Shown here: positions 27,234-37,787 of the stretch, in pieces | How positions within the stretch are numbered: position 1 is the first letter of the stretch | How the letters are laid out: the number at the start of each line of letters is the position of its first letter | From: Minisyncoccota bacterium | GTDB taxonomy: Bacteria; Patescibacteriota; Minisyncoccia; Phycocordibacterales; PALSA-1337 | Length of the DNA: 64,000 bases | Direction: 5' to 3' | NCBI GenBank assembly: GCA_041665325.1 | Contig: JBAYJB010000001.1 | Span: forward strand, 233,286-297,285 | Program-made: the position numbers and the translations under genes | Notes under the pieces: generated by a model | Seen by the model: only the letters and a program-made list of their open reading frames with translations | The model's database searches: none | Told to the model about the DNA's origin: nothing

Positions 27234-29027
27234 TCACTCGGACCGCATCATCTTGACGAAGACTTCTTGAGGAATATTGACCGAGCCGTGCTCCTTGAGG
27301 CGCTTGCGGCCCTCTTTCTGCTTCTCGCGAAGCTTCATCTTCCTAGTGATATCTCCGCCGGAGAGCGTGGCGGCGGCGTCTTTCTTCTTGCCGGAGAGAG
27401 TCTCCGAAGCGATGATCCGACCAAAGGCCTTGGCCTGGACCTTGAATGTGAAGAGCTCGCGCGGCAGGACTTTGTGGAGCTTCTCGACCATGGCGGCGGC
27501 GTCCTCGGGTACCCGGCGACGCGAGACCACGCGGCTGAAGGCGGCCACCGGCTCGTCGGCGACCAGGATATCCATGCGGACCACGTCTGCCGGACGGTTC
27601 TCCGTGATGTCATACGAGATCGAGGCGTAGCCGGAAGAGATGCTCTTGACCTCATCAAAGAAGTTGCGCATGAGCTCGCGCAGAGGCATGAGCAAGGTGA
27701 TCATGTTGCGATTGTCACCGAAGGTATCCGTGGCGATGACTTCGGCTTCATGGTCATAGAGGGCCTTCATGAGCGCACCGAGGTATTTGGGCGGGGCGAT
27801 GATCTTCATGGTCACGATCGGTTCGGAGACGGACTTGATCTCGTGGTCGTCCGGGAACAAGGCCGGCGAATAGACTATAGCCTTCTTGCCATTCTTCATC
27901 TCCACGTTATAGGTGATCGAAGGCTGGGTGACGATGAGCTCCAGATTGAATTCGCGGCGCAGACGCTCGGTGACTATCTCCATATGGAGCATGCCGAGGA
28001 AGCCGCAACGGTAGCCCTTGCCGAGCGTGCCGGAGGCCTCTTCTTCGTACGTGAATGAGGAGTCGGACAGACGGAGGCGGCCGAGCGCCTGCCGCAGGAG
28101 GGCCAGATTGTCCTGAGATTCGGGATAGAGGGACGCCCAGACGACCGGACGAGGGCTCTTGTAGCCGGACAAGGGTGGCAGATCGTCTTTGACTGACGAT
28201 ATGGTGTCTCCGACGGAAGCGATACCTGGCTCCTTGATGCCGGTCGTGATATAGCCTATCTCGCCGGGGCCGAGCTGGCTGACCGGGGTGTTGTCGGGCT
28301 TGAATATGCCGACATCGATGGCCTCGAAGGTCTCGCCGGAGATCTTGAAGATCAGCTTGTCGTGCTTCTTGGCCGTGCCATTCATGACGCGTACATAGAC
28401 GATGACGCCGGTGTGGTTGGAATATTGGAAATCGAAGATTAGCGAACGAAAATCATCCGTGACATCAGGCGACTTTGGCGGAGGAACTCTCTTGACCACC
28501 TCTTGTAACAGATGTGCTACTCCTTCGCCGGTCTTGCCCGAGACTTTGAGCACGCTATCGACCGGGCAGTCCAGGAGCTGGCTGACTTCATGGATCACTT
28601 CTTCGGTGCGCGCGAGGGGTGAATCGATCTTAGAGACGACGGGGATGATCACGAGGCCAGCTTCGCGCGCCATGCCGAGCGTGGTAAGCGTCTGGGCCTG
28701 TACACCCTGCGTGGCATCAACAAGAAGGATAGATCCTTCGACGGCCTTGAGCGAGCGGGAGACTTCATAGGAAAAATCGATATGTCCGGGCGTGTCGATC
28801 AGGTTGAGCTGGTATTCCCTATCGCCGTCTGAATACTTCATGCGTACTGGCTGCATCTTGATAGTGATGCCACGCTCGCGCTCGAGCTCCATGGAGTCGA
28901 GGACCTGCTCCTGCATCTTGCGCTTCTCGATGGTCCCGGTGATCTCGAGCAGGCGATCAGCCAGCGTCGACTTGCCGTGGTCGATATGCGCGATGATCGA
29001 GAAGTTGCGGATATGGGCTAGATCCAT
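27234..29027 (-). CDS. lepA: elongation factor 4 (LepA)
   Basis: GTP-binding domain (NFSIIAHIDHGKSTLADRLL) and a LepA-specific C-terminal domain. The start was taken at MDLAHIRNF, 10 codons inside the track ORF. Confidence 0.9.
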   Translation of the reverse strand: MDLAHIRNFSIIAHIDHGKSTLADRLLEITGTIEKRKMQEQVLDSMELERERGITIKMQPVRMKYSDGDREYQLNLIDTPGHIDFSYEVSRSLKAVEGSILLVDATQGVQAQTLTTLGMAREAGLVIIPVVSKIDSPLARTEEVIHEVSQLLDCPVDSVLKVSGKTGEGVAHLLQEVVKRVPPPKSPDVTDDFRSLIFDFQYSNHTGVIVYVRVMNGTAKKHDKLIFKISGETFEAIDVGIFKPDNTPVSQLGPGEIGYITTGIKEPGIASVGDTISSVKDDLPPLSGYKSPRPVVWASLYPESQDNLALLRQALGRLRLSDSSFTYEEEASGTLGKGYRCGFLGMLHMEIVTERLRREFNLELIVTQPSITYNVEMKNGKKAIVYSPALFPDDHEIKSVSEPIVTMKIIAPPKYLGALMKALYDHEAEVIATDTFGDNRNMITLLMPLRELMRNFFDEVKSISSGYASISYDITENRPADVVRMDILVADEPVAAFSRVVSRRRVPEDAAAMVEKLHKVLPRELFTFKVQAKAFGRIIASETLSGKKKDAAATLSGGDITRKMKLREKQKEGRKRLKEHGSVNIPQEVFVKMMRSE

Positions 29028-29207
29028 GGAGTTTCGGGCCTGTTTATGTCTAAACAAAATAACACAAATCAGTATTTTTCGCTAATTTTGGCCTTATTTT
29101 GAGCCAGAATTGATAGGGCTGATGATCAGTACTAGAACATACTTTTACGGTTTTGACTTAGAAATTTCTGACGGAAAAGTAGGGTTAGCTGGCCGCTCTC
29201 ACATACC

Positions 29208-30887
29208 CTACATATGCTCCACTTCCGCCGGTGGGACAGCCGCCTTCCAGACTTTGTGGTGGAGCGTGCGCCAGACCTCGGCCAATTCCCTGTTCCGCAA
29301 GATCAAGAGCACTATGACTAGAACCACGACACCGATGATCGCCGAGAGGAAGCCCTGCATGAATATCCCCCAGGCCTTGGTCAGCGGGAAAACCGCGGCG
29401 AAGATACGGAGCGAGAGATAAGCGGCGTATCCCATGATCACCGAGGCGGCGAAGCTATGGAAGAGCGTACCCAAGACCGGCCTGGAGAAGCCGCGATATG
29501 AGCGCTCGAAAGCGACCCAGTGCAAGATCGTATTCAGGGTGATGCCGAAAGTGTAAGCCAGAGCAAGGATGAGCACGCTTGTGCCCGCCTGCCCGCCAAC
29601 CTTCAAGATTTCCTCTAGGAAATAACGGAAGACCGGGAAGGCGAAGAAGGCCTTATCCAATAGATAAGCCGAGAGCACCATGAAAACGGCCGAAACTACA
29701 TTGATGATGAGCGGTCTCGAGGTTTTGCCTTCGGAATAGAAACCGCGAACGAACAACAGGATCAGGCTTTGACCAACTGTTGAAAGGATGAAGAGCGCCA
29801 GCGCAGCGGCTGTGAGCCTCGTGTCCGCCCAGTCAAAATGGCCGGCGCCGAGGACCGTGCGGACAATCTGGGCGCGCAAAACGATGAAGAGCACGGCCAG
29901 GGGCGTCGACCAAAAGATGATGTGCTGGGCCGAGGCGATCATCTTCTCCAGGAATTCTTTGATATTCTTCTCATAGTAGAGCCGGGACAGGGTCGGAAAA
30001 ACAGCCGACGAATAACTAGCACCGATCAGAGTGAGAGGCACGGCTTGCAGGTTGAAAGCAAAATTGAAGACGGAGATCGATCCTACGGTCATGTAAGAAG
30101 CCAAAGATACCAGGACAAGCGAAGCCAGCTGGTTAGCCGATAGTGTGAGAGTGCGTGGTACGGAGACCAAGAAGATGCTCTTCATATTGGCCCAGTTGAT
30201 CTTTCTGGTGAAGCGCGGGGCCATCCCTTCATGGGCGATGAATGGCACCTGGATAGCCATATGCAGGAAAGCGCCGATGGCCACGCCGATGGCCAGACCT
30301 TTGACGCCGAAGAGCGGGTAACCGAGAAGGACGCCGAGGATGATGCCGGCGTTGTAGACGACCGGACTCGCGGCATACACCAAGAAACGATGGCGCATCT
30401 GGGTCAGACTGGAGAACAGATTGGATAGGCCGAGGAAGAATGGAGACAGGAGCATGATGCGCATCGAGAGGATGAGCGACGGCAAAGCTGGATCGTGAGC
30501 ATAGCCGGGGATGACGATCGGGACGATGATCGGCGCCAAGATGTAGGCGATGGCGCTCACGATGATCATCACAATGAAAAATACCGTAAAAATGCCGTCG
30601 GAGAATGCTGCACCCTCTTCCTTGTCCTTGCCAAAGTGCTCGATGAAATACGGTAGGAGGATCGAGGCCGAGACTAGCGAGCCAACCGACACGAAGATCA
30701 AGTCAGGAATGCGGAAAGCCGCATAGTATACATCGAGGACATGGCCGGCTCCAAAGGAGAAAGCCAAGAGCTTGTCCCTGACCAGGGCCAGGATGAGCGA
30801 GACCAGAGCGAAGAGGCCGAGGAGGTATGCGGCCTCGTGCAGGCCGCGCACCTCCCTACCGATCGCTCTGAACCAACGTTTGACCAT
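29208..30887 (-). CDS. murJ: lipid II flippase MurJ (MviN family)
   Basis: 559 aa, about 14 TM helices, MOP-superfamily/MurJ-like N-terminus (LLAFSFGAGHVLDVYYAAFRIPDLIF). Confidence 0.7.
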   Translation of the reverse strand: MVKRWFRAIGREVRGLHEAAYLLGLFALVSLILALVRDKLLAFSFGAGHVLDVYYAAFRIPDLIFVSVGSLVSASILLPYFIEHFGKDKEEGAAFSDGIFTVFFIVMIIVSAIAYILAPIIVPIVIPGYAHDPALPSLILSMRIMLLSPFFLGLSNLFSSLTQMRHRFLVYAASPVVYNAGIILGVLLGYPLFGVKGLAIGVAIGAFLHMAIQVPFIAHEGMAPRFTRKINWANMKSIFLVSVPRTLTLSANQLASLVLVSLASYMTVGSISVFNFAFNLQAVPLTLIGASYSSAVFPTLSRLYYEKNIKEFLEKMIASAQHIIFWSTPLAVLFIVLRAQIVRTVLGAGHFDWADTRLTAAALALFILSTVGQSLILLFVRGFYSEGKTSRPLIINVVSAVFMVLSAYLLDKAFFAFPVFRYFLEEILKVGGQAGTSVLILALAYTFGITLNTILHWVAFERSYRGFSRPVLGTLFHSFAASVIMGYAAYLSLRIFAAVFPLTKAWGIFMQGFLSAIIGVVVLVIVLLILRNRELAEVWRTLHHKVWKAAVPPAEVEHM

Positions 30888-30890
30888 CTT

Positions 30891-33299
30891 TTATCTGCTT
30901 GGAAGCGGCGGTTTGGCCTTGCTTTCCGGGGCGGCTACTGACTTGGTGGCTCCGCTGAAGAGCGGCTTGCCGGACCTCATGGTCGAAAGGATGGTAGAGA
31001 CATCGGCATTGTCAGGATTGGCTTCGGCCAGACGGGAGAATATACCGATCGCCTTGGCCATCTCTCCGACACGGGCATAAGCCAGACCAAGGAAGTACGA
31101 GGCATTGGCATAATTTGGCTCTATAGTGAGCGCTCGGCCGAAGGCCTCGATCGAAGGCCGATAATCGCCCTTGGTGTACTGCAACAGGCCTAACTGGAAG
31201 AAGACGAGCGGATTGGCCGGATTGAGCTTCGTGGCGAAGTCGGCGGCAGTGATAGCGTTCGGCAAGTTGCCCTTGGCAGCTTCGACCTGGGAAAGCAGGA
31301 AGACCGCGTCAAGATAGTTGTTCTTGACCTGGAGAGAGGCGCCGATGGCCTGGATCGCGGAGTCAAATTGACCCTTGGACGCATAAAGCCGGGCCAGATT
31401 GATATAGATCGACGGGTTCTGGGGATTGAGATTGATGGCATTGGTATACGCTCCCAGAGCCGTATCGTACGCGTTGGTCATATTGAGATTGGCGGCCAAT
31501 TCCGCTACCCGAGCTTGGGAGACATAGTTGTAATAATTATCTCGGTCGGCGCCGATGGCATTGTTGGCATAACTGAATGCCTGATTGATCGTATCGACGA
31601 CCTTGAGGGCCGCGGCCTGAGAAGTAGAGGCGTTTGAAGACGCAGTCACACTGGCCGCGATACTGTTGGCGATCGATATGTTGGCTTCGGCTCGAGCTTG
31701 CCAGTACACATCGAGCGGATTGAGAGCGATCGCCTTGCGAAACTTGGCATCTGCCTGAGCCGGATCATTCGCGAGAGTCAGAGTCTTCACGCCGCCGCCG
31801 AAATAGGCGAGAGCCGCGGTATTCTTGAGATAGACCACTCCCCAGACGATCGCAAGGATGAAACAGAGCAGTGTTACGATCGATACCAATCTCTGGGAAC
31901 GGCTGCCCGGAAGAGTAACCCAGTCGACGGGACGGAGACGTCCGTAAGCAACCGCCGCGCCGAGCCAAATGCCGGTCAAGATGAAAGCCAAGAAGACCAG
32001 TGCATGCGAAGGAACATATACGAGCGATACGAGCCACAGGAAGGTTGCGGAGGTATAGGAAGAGATGAGGACGAACCGAGCGTAGGACTGATCAGAAGGA
32101 TTGGCCTGGCTAACCGATCCTTGTGGCACGCGCGAAGGATTGCGGAGCGAACGGACCCCAAGGATGCCGTACAGCACGAAGAATAGGATCCAGACGATGC
32201 CGCCGAGCAATCCCTGGGTGACCAGGAATGTCGGAATCAATCCGAATCCGGTGTTGAATTCCACCCCCCAAGCATCGGTGACATTGATACCGGATGGCTT
32301 ATGGGTCAAGAAGGCCTGGGAAAAACGGTTCGGCCCAGAACCAAGGATAGGCTTGTCCTTGAGCTCGCCGGCAGCCACATCGATGGTCATCTGCCACGGC
32401 AACGAAAGCTCCGAATAACCGGCATTGAACTTGTTGATGATCGGGCCAGCAATCGTGACTCCCTTGTAGGCCAAAAGGGCGGAGACGACGCAAGCGACCA
32501 GAGGGATCCAAGCGAGCCTCCGCAAGAAAGAGCTGATCTTCCTGTCTGCCGGCTTAGGTTTCTGTAAGGAGAGATGTATCGTCAGGCCGAGAAGTACCAG
32601 CGCGGCCGCTTCCCAGACTTGCCAGCTGTTGACAAGGAACATGAGCGCGCCGGAGAGTGCTACGAGGACCCAGTAGACCGTGCGCAAGCGACGCGAAAGA
32701 GGCAGGTAGATGACGGCCAAAAGCGCGATCATAGCTACGATGCCCGCATACATAGCCAAACTGTACCAGTTGCCCACCATTGTCGCGGTCACAGTGTTCA
32801 AAAATCCGAGCGAGATGAATCCCGGACCGAACAAGAAGCGCAGAACCTGGAATAAGTAGACAAGGAGGAAGGGCGCGACGATACCGACATACAGGATCGG
32901 GACATGGCTGACTCTCTTTGCGACCAGACGATAGACGACCGCGGCTAAAACAAAAAGGATGAGGATCATACTGCCTGTGCCAAGCTCGAAGCCCTGGCCG
33001 AAGAACGACTTGGCGAAGTGCCCGCTCCCGACGGATGAGCCAATAACTGATACGGCCATGAGGCCTCCTATCCATAACATAGCCTTAGGAGGTAGATGGA
33101 TTTCCTTGGCACGCAGAGCTCCGAAAAGTAACAGAGAGGCTGAGACGATCGTGCCGATGGCAATGAAGATCGTCTTGACAGCATCAAGGGCAAAATACTG
33201 ACTGCCCCAGAAAGAGATCGGAACGATGATGATAGTGAACAGCAACGAATAAAAAGCCGCTGACTCGAGGCTTATCGAACGATTGTTTGTATTATTCAT
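30891..33299 (-). CDS. polytopic membrane protein with C-terminal TPR repeats (O-antigen ligase/Wzy_C-like, unassigned)
   Basis: 802 aa. About 12 TM helices in the first ~450 aa, then at least 5 TPR-like repeats in the C-terminal 300 aa (for example YFLGLAYARVGEMAKAIGIFSRL). The family call is tentative. Confidence 0.4.
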   Translation of the reverse strand: MNNTNNRSISLESAAFYSLLFTIIIVPISFWGSQYFALDAVKTIFIAIGTIVSASLLLFGALRAKEIHLPPKAMLWIGGLMAVSVIGSSVGSGHFAKSFFGQGFELGTGSMILILFVLAAVVYRLVAKRVSHVPILYVGIVAPFLLVYLFQVLRFLFGPGFISLGFLNTVTATMVGNWYSLAMYAGIVAMIALLAVIYLPLSRRLRTVYWVLVALSGALMFLVNSWQVWEAAALVLLGLTIHLSLQKPKPADRKISSFLRRLAWIPLVACVVSALLAYKGVTIAGPIINKFNAGYSELSLPWQMTIDVAAGELKDKPILGSGPNRFSQAFLTHKPSGINVTDAWGVEFNTGFGLIPTFLVTQGLLGGIVWILFFVLYGILGVRSLRNPSRVPQGSVSQANPSDQSYARFVLISSYTSATFLWLVSLVYVPSHALVFLAFILTGIWLGAAVAYGRLRPVDWVTLPGSRSQRLVSIVTLLCFILAIVWGVVYLKNTAALAYFGGGVKTLTLANDPAQADAKFRKAIALNPLDVYWQARAEANISIANSIAASVTASSNASTSQAAALKVVDTINQAFSYANNAIGADRDNYYNYVSQARVAELAANLNMTNAYDTALGAYTNAINLNPQNPSIYINLARLYASKGQFDSAIQAIGASLQVKNNYLDAVFLLSQVEAAKGNLPNAITAADFATKLNPANPLVFFQLGLLQYTKGDYRPSIEAFGRALTIEPNYANASYFLGLAYARVGEMAKAIGIFSRLAEANPDNADVSTILSTMRSGKPLFSGATKSVAAPESKAKPPLPSR

Positions 33300-33377
33300 G
33301 CCCCTTATTATATCAAGTCATCTTTCATCCGCCAACTTATACAAAGAACAAGCGCCCCGTTAAGGAGCGCTTATTCA

Positions 33378-33720
33378 TGTGCGTCGCACATAAGCCGAAT
33401 TCTGTCGAGGACAACCATATATCTTGGATGCATGTTGCCATGCACCTCTAGCGGTTCTTCCCTCTGCCTTGCGGCATGGGACGCGACCTTGCACCGAGGT
33501 AAGGATTTGGCCGTTGCACCTCCCAAGTTTCCATGGGAGCTAATCCCGAAGGATCCGCGTGCCGTTTCCAGCCCGCGCGTCTCTGTTCGCACCTCTAGGA
33601 TCACCCTGACGGGCATTACCCGCTACCCTGCTATCTGGCCTTGCGGCCAGCCGGTGTTCGGACTTTCCTCACGCGAGACGCTCCTTGCGAAGGCCCGCGC
33701 GCGATTGCCTATGCGACTGA
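33378..33720 (-). ncRNA. rnpB: RNase P RNA (bacterial, reduced type A-like)
   Basis: On the minus strand the P4 5' strand GAGGAAAGUCCGAACACC is the complement of plus 33653-33670. The P4 3' strand ACAGAAUUCGGCUUAUG is the complement of 33389-33405, with perfect complementarity between them. P1 termini pair (GUCGCAUAGG with CUUAUGUGCGAC). Length is about 340 nt. Not in the ORF track. Confidence 0.7.
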
Positions 33721-33745
33721 TATAACCATACAATAGTTTTGTCTT

Positions 33746-36073
33746 CTACACAATCTCACAGACCCCCGACACACAGGCCAACTCCCTCTTGAGATCAGTC
33801 TCATTTTGCTTCTCGTATGTCATGATCTTCGAGTAGTCGATATGCTCCATGCGCTTAGCGAGCTCCTTGTAGGTCTTCTCGTTGATCTCTTCGTAAGGGG
33901 CCAGCTGGTAGACATGGTCTTCCCTTGGCAGGAATGATAAGCCGCCCACGATGTCCCAGTTCTCATAGACCCAGTTGGCCACGGAGATCCATTCGTCATT
34001 GCCGATCGAGATGGTCACTGACGGATTGTGTTCGGTGAAATTGACCTTGACCATCTTCCAATACTCAAGCTGCTCGATGGCCGTAAGGTCGTTCTTGAAG
34101 GTGGTCGTTCCTTGCGGCGCTTTGACTGGGAACTCCAGGACAAAAGTCGTGGCATTTTCCATGGTCTGTCCGACCTCCGGATGGAACGGCACACCCTGGT
34201 CTTTGAGCATCTTGAAGAGTGCATCGGTCGAGGCGATACGGGCACGGCGGATATAATACTTAGCATGGCGCGGATGCATGCCTGAGGAACAATCAAATGT
34301 CTGCGAACCGTTGCCGGATGGTTTGACGCAAGTGACGGCAGTCGAAGCATTGATGCCAAAGCGCTTGGCATACTCCTGGTTGACGCGGATGGCCTCGTCA
34401 CGCAGGCGCTTCATGACCTCCGGCTTCCTTACGGCCGGACAATCCCATTGTCCGGTGATCGAGACGCCGAGAAGGCGCTCTTTCTCGCAACGCTCCTTCC
34501 ATTCCTTGGAAAGATATTCGAAATGAGTCAGCATCGACTGGTAGGTGCCGAGGATGGCGGCAACACGGATCTTCTTCATCAGCGTCTTCTCGGTGTCATC
34601 GGCACGGGCCACGACCTCTGAGAGATTGCAGAATTGTTTGGACTGGAGGATGATCTCGCCGCAAGGATTGGTGCCCATGAGGCCGATGATGTGCCGTCCG
34701 GAGTGATCAAAGTAGCCCTTGTACTCCTTGAGCACTTTGATGCGACGCTCCGGCAAGGTCGCGGCTAGCGATCCACGGTTGAAGATGCCGCGTTCGCCGG
34801 AACGGCTCTCGATAAGGGACATCCATTCCTTGAGAAACTGCTCGTTCGTAGGCTTGCTGACATAGACGGCTGAATTGTTGGCCAGGGAACGGTGCGGATG
34901 CGTCATATAGAAGGCCCCCTTCTTGGCATCTCGGATCTCCGGATCATCCAGGTCGGACAGAGAGATGAGCGCGCTACGGCGGACACCACCGGCAACGATA
35001 CATTCGCCCATCATGCAGATGATGTCATGGACGTCCACATTGCGCATGCGCCGGCCCTGCCTATCGAGCATGATCTCTCGGGTGAAAGCGAGTAGACGAC
35101 GAAGCGGTTCCGGACCGGAAGCTTTGCCGCCGCCAGTCTTGAGACGGGCGCCCAAAGGTCTGATCTCCGAAAAATCAAAATCAATGTCTTTACCGGAGGC
35201 CCAGGTCGTGGCACCGATCACGAAAGCTTGGCACCAGCCTTCCTTGGAGTCGCCGATCACATGAGCTTTGAGTTTCTCTCCGGTCTGGATCTGGATCTGC
35301 GGGAATTTCTGCACATTGGCGCTCTCGGCTGAGAAACCGACGCCGGTGCCATTCATGGAGATGTACATGATCTCCGACATGTCTTGGAATGATTCCGGAG
35401 CGATGTATGAACAGTTGTAACCGCAGACATTGGTCCTCCGAGCGGCCGGGCCGGCAAACTGGAGAAGTCGCATCGACGGGATAGCGGCCTGAGTGAGGAT
35501 AGATTCGCGAACCTCCTTGTATTCAGTATCCTTGAGCTTGTTGCCGAGATTCTCGCGCATGAATCCAATGTAGCGATCGACAGTCTCGATCCAAGTCTCG
35601 CGGCGGCTCTCGGAATCTATCCACTTGGAATATGTACGATAGTAGACAAACTCTCCCAAGGCGTTCCTAAAATATTTCTTTGAGTCTTCGGCAAGCTTCC
35701 TGACATGTTCCGGAGCCTCCATACCCTTGGCGCGGAGCTTGGCGCGCTCCTCGCGGTAGAGGACGTAGTGCTTGGCGGTCTTGACGAAGTCAGAACGCAT
35801 CAGTTCGGCCTCTACAATATCCTGGATGCCCTCGACAGTCGGTAGAAAATTATTGAATTTGCGCTTGATGCGGATCAATTCGGCAAAAACCTGTCCCGCG
35901 ATCATGCGAGCCTCGTCGAGCGAGCCTTCGTGCACAGTATTCATGCCCTTCCAGACGGCATTGGTGATCTTTTCTACGTCAAAGGGGACGATGCGACCGT
36001 CTCTCTTGATGATTGTCGGGATGACGATAGTCTTGGCCGCTTGTCCCAAAGCGGTTTTCTTCTTCTTAGGCAT
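33746..36073 (-). CDS. nrdJ: adenosylcobalamin-dependent ribonucleotide reductase (class II) with N-terminal ATP-cone
   Basis: 775 aa. ATP-cone (IVIPTIIKRDGRIVPFDVEKITNAVW). Class II active-site region with NPCGEI (GTNPCGEIILQSKQFCNLSEV). C-terminal Cys pair. Confidence 0.85.
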   Translation of the reverse strand: MPKKKKTALGQAAKTIVIPTIIKRDGRIVPFDVEKITNAVWKGMNTVHEGSLDEARMIAGQVFAELIRIKRKFNNFLPTVEGIQDIVEAELMRSDFVKTAKHYVLYREERAKLRAKGMEAPEHVRKLAEDSKKYFRNALGEFVYYRTYSKWIDSESRRETWIETVDRYIGFMRENLGNKLKDTEYKEVRESILTQAAIPSMRLLQFAGPAARRTNVCGYNCSYIAPESFQDMSEIMYISMNGTGVGFSAESANVQKFPQIQIQTGEKLKAHVIGDSKEGWCQAFVIGATTWASGKDIDFDFSEIRPLGARLKTGGGKASGPEPLRRLLAFTREIMLDRQGRRMRNVDVHDIICMMGECIVAGGVRRSALISLSDLDDPEIRDAKKGAFYMTHPHRSLANNSAVYVSKPTNEQFLKEWMSLIESRSGERGIFNRGSLAATLPERRIKVLKEYKGYFDHSGRHIIGLMGTNPCGEIILQSKQFCNLSEVVARADDTEKTLMKKIRVAAILGTYQSMLTHFEYLSKEWKERCEKERLLGVSITGQWDCPAVRKPEVMKRLRDEAIRVNQEYAKRFGINASTAVTCVKPSGNGSQTFDCSSGMHPRHAKYYIRRARIASTDALFKMLKDQGVPFHPEVGQTMENATTFVLEFPVKAPQGTTTFKNDLTAIEQLEYWKMVKVNFTEHNPSVTISIGNDEWISVANWVYENWDIVGGLSFLPREDHVYQLAPYEEINEKTYKELAKRMEHIDYSKIMTYEKQNETDLKRELACVSGVCEIV

Positions 36074-36186
36074 ACTGATGCGAAGGTTAACTTAAAGATT
36101 TTTTAATAATCGAACACAATGAGCGCTAAAACTTATTTAAGTTCATTTTACTCTTCGCGCCCTCACAAAAAAAGTGGGGATAAGTG

Positions 36187-36747
36187 TTAGAACACGAGTT
36201 TCGTCCCAGTTGCAATGCCTGCCCTCTCGGCACCGCCCGAATCAAGCTCCAAAACGTAACGGATCGGTGACGGCGGCAGGAATACCTCCGGATATGTTTC
36301 GGGATAGATGCCACGCACGACACCTCGGACTGTTTTGGTCTGGTCGATCCACACGATGTCGATCGCAAAACGCATGTCCTTCATCCAAAATCCGTACGAT
36401 CCGTCCTCCGGGAAGACGAACAGCATGCCGGAATCGGCCCGGAGCACATCACGACCGCTCAATCCCCTGCCGCGATCTTGCTCGGAGTTGACGACCTCTG
36501 CGCGGATGATGCCAGACGCGGTTCTGATATCGATCGAAGACAATATTTCCGCCTGTGACGGAGTGGTTGTAGCCAGATTCTGCGTGGTCGTAGCCGTTCC
36601 ATCGATCGCCGGGAACGGTGTCACCGTAGCGATCTTTTTGCTGATCAAAAAGAGGATGTATAGGCTCGCCACAATGACAAGGACTGTAGAGATCCTCGAA
36701 AAGGCCTTTGATGATGCAGAGGTATCCATAGCCATTGGTGCAATCAT
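36187..36747 (-). CDS. DUF192 domain protein
   Basis: N-terminal TM anchor. The C-terminal domain carries the DUF192 (COG1430) signature (FWMKDMRFAIDIVWID). Confidence 0.6.
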   Translation of the reverse strand: MIAPMAMDTSASSKAFSRISTVLVIVASLYILFLISKKIATVTPFPAIDGTATTTQNLATTTPSQAEILSSIDIRTASGIIRAEVVNSEQDRGRGLSGRDVLRADSGMLFVFPEDGSYGFWMKDMRFAIDIVWIDQTKTVRGVVRGIYPETYPEVFLPPSPIRYVLELDSGGAERAGIATGTKLVF

Positions 36748-37106
36748 GATAGCATGGCACCGGCAGTTTATAAATTTGTAAAAAAGAGCGGGCCGTCATG
36801 CGGTCCGCTCTGCGTGCTAAGCTAGGCTGCTTGTTGAAAGTCTGACGGAGCTCTCGCCCTGATCAGACGATCGTTCCGAATGAGATGACGCTCTTTAAAA
36901 TTTTGGTATAGCTTTCCCAAAAAATGTGTTCGACATTCTACCCTTGTGGGTTGTCTGTCGAGTTCTATACCATAGAAGTAAGGATGGTCACCTTCGAACA
37001 TCTCTGTTCGCACGAGCCGGAGGTAATGTCTCCAAGAAGAACAAATTTGACGGGGTGGGGTATTCATTCCGCCTCCTTTGCGCTCAATTGTAGCTCTCTC
37101 CAAGGA

Positions 37107-37760
37107 TTAAACAATCCGGTTATCCCCTGTTTGCGACGGCGCGGCACTGACGGCGGCGATCCCAGCCTCCCGATCGGCTTCGGCTTCGCTCTCCGTGACC
37201 TGGACGCCGATCTTCCTCTGCAAAATGAGTCTGATATCCTCCGCGACTGCCACATCGATCGGCTCGAGGGTGATCTCTGACTCGTCGTGGCCGTCCTTGT
37301 CCTCCTCGCCGGCGGAGTCGATGGTCACTCTGGTCGTACCGGTCATCCGATGGATGAGACTGCGCTCTAGATTGATATTCTGCATCTGGCGGTACGGGAT
37401 CGAGATGATCCGGGTGCCGATGATACCGCGCTTCAACTTGAGGCCAAACTCCTCAAAGGTGAATGTGTAGTTCGTATATTCGAATCTGGCAGTAAAGATG
37501 CCTAGGATGCACACGGCCAAGCCGATGATGAAGCCCATAAGCACGATCCACTGCATGATGATCGAAGCGCCGGCCAGGGATTGGGTGCCGTTGGCTCCGC
37601 CGATCGTCATCATCCCGGCCACGAACCCGGTGAGACCGTTCTGCAAGACCAAAACGACCGCAGCGATGAGTATGATGACGAGTCCCGGCGTCAATTTGCG
37701 CGACACCATGAGCGTGTATGCTTTCTTGCCGAGATGCTGTTCTTGATTGAGGGGGATCAT
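37107..37760 (-). CDS. membrane protein with bacterial PH domain (YdbS/YdbT-like, bPH_2)
   Basis: Two or three N-terminal TM helices followed by a PH-like domain (EEFGLKLKRGIIGTRIISIPYRQMQNINLERSLIHRMTGTTRVTI). Acidic C-terminal tail. Confidence 0.55.
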   Translation of the reverse strand: MIPLNQEQHLGKKAYTLMVSRKLTPGLVIILIAAVVLVLQNGLTGFVAGMMTIGGANGTQSLAGASIIMQWIVLMGFIIGLAVCILGIFTARFEYTNYTFTFEEFGLKLKRGIIGTRIISIPYRQMQNINLERSLIHRMTGTTRVTIDSAGEEDKDGHDESEITLEPIDVAVAEDIRLILQRKIGVQVTESEAEADREAGIAAVSAAPSQTGDNRIV

Positions 37761-37787
37761 AGTCTATATCCTATCAGATCTGGCGCA

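Noticed and set aside
30891-33299. 802-aa polytopic TPR membrane protein as the missing exosortase for the PEP-CTERM protein
   Set aside because: Size and TM count (about 12 TM plus about 300 aa of TPR) fit O-antigen-ligase or glycosyltransferase-like proteins better than the 8-TM exosortase. I could not recognise a conserved exosortase Cys/Arg motif by eye. It is left unassigned.
36074-36186. NrdR box upstream of nrdJ
   Set aside because: Only a partial ACACAAT half-site is present, with no palindromic partner at the expected spacing. No nrdR gene is in the window.
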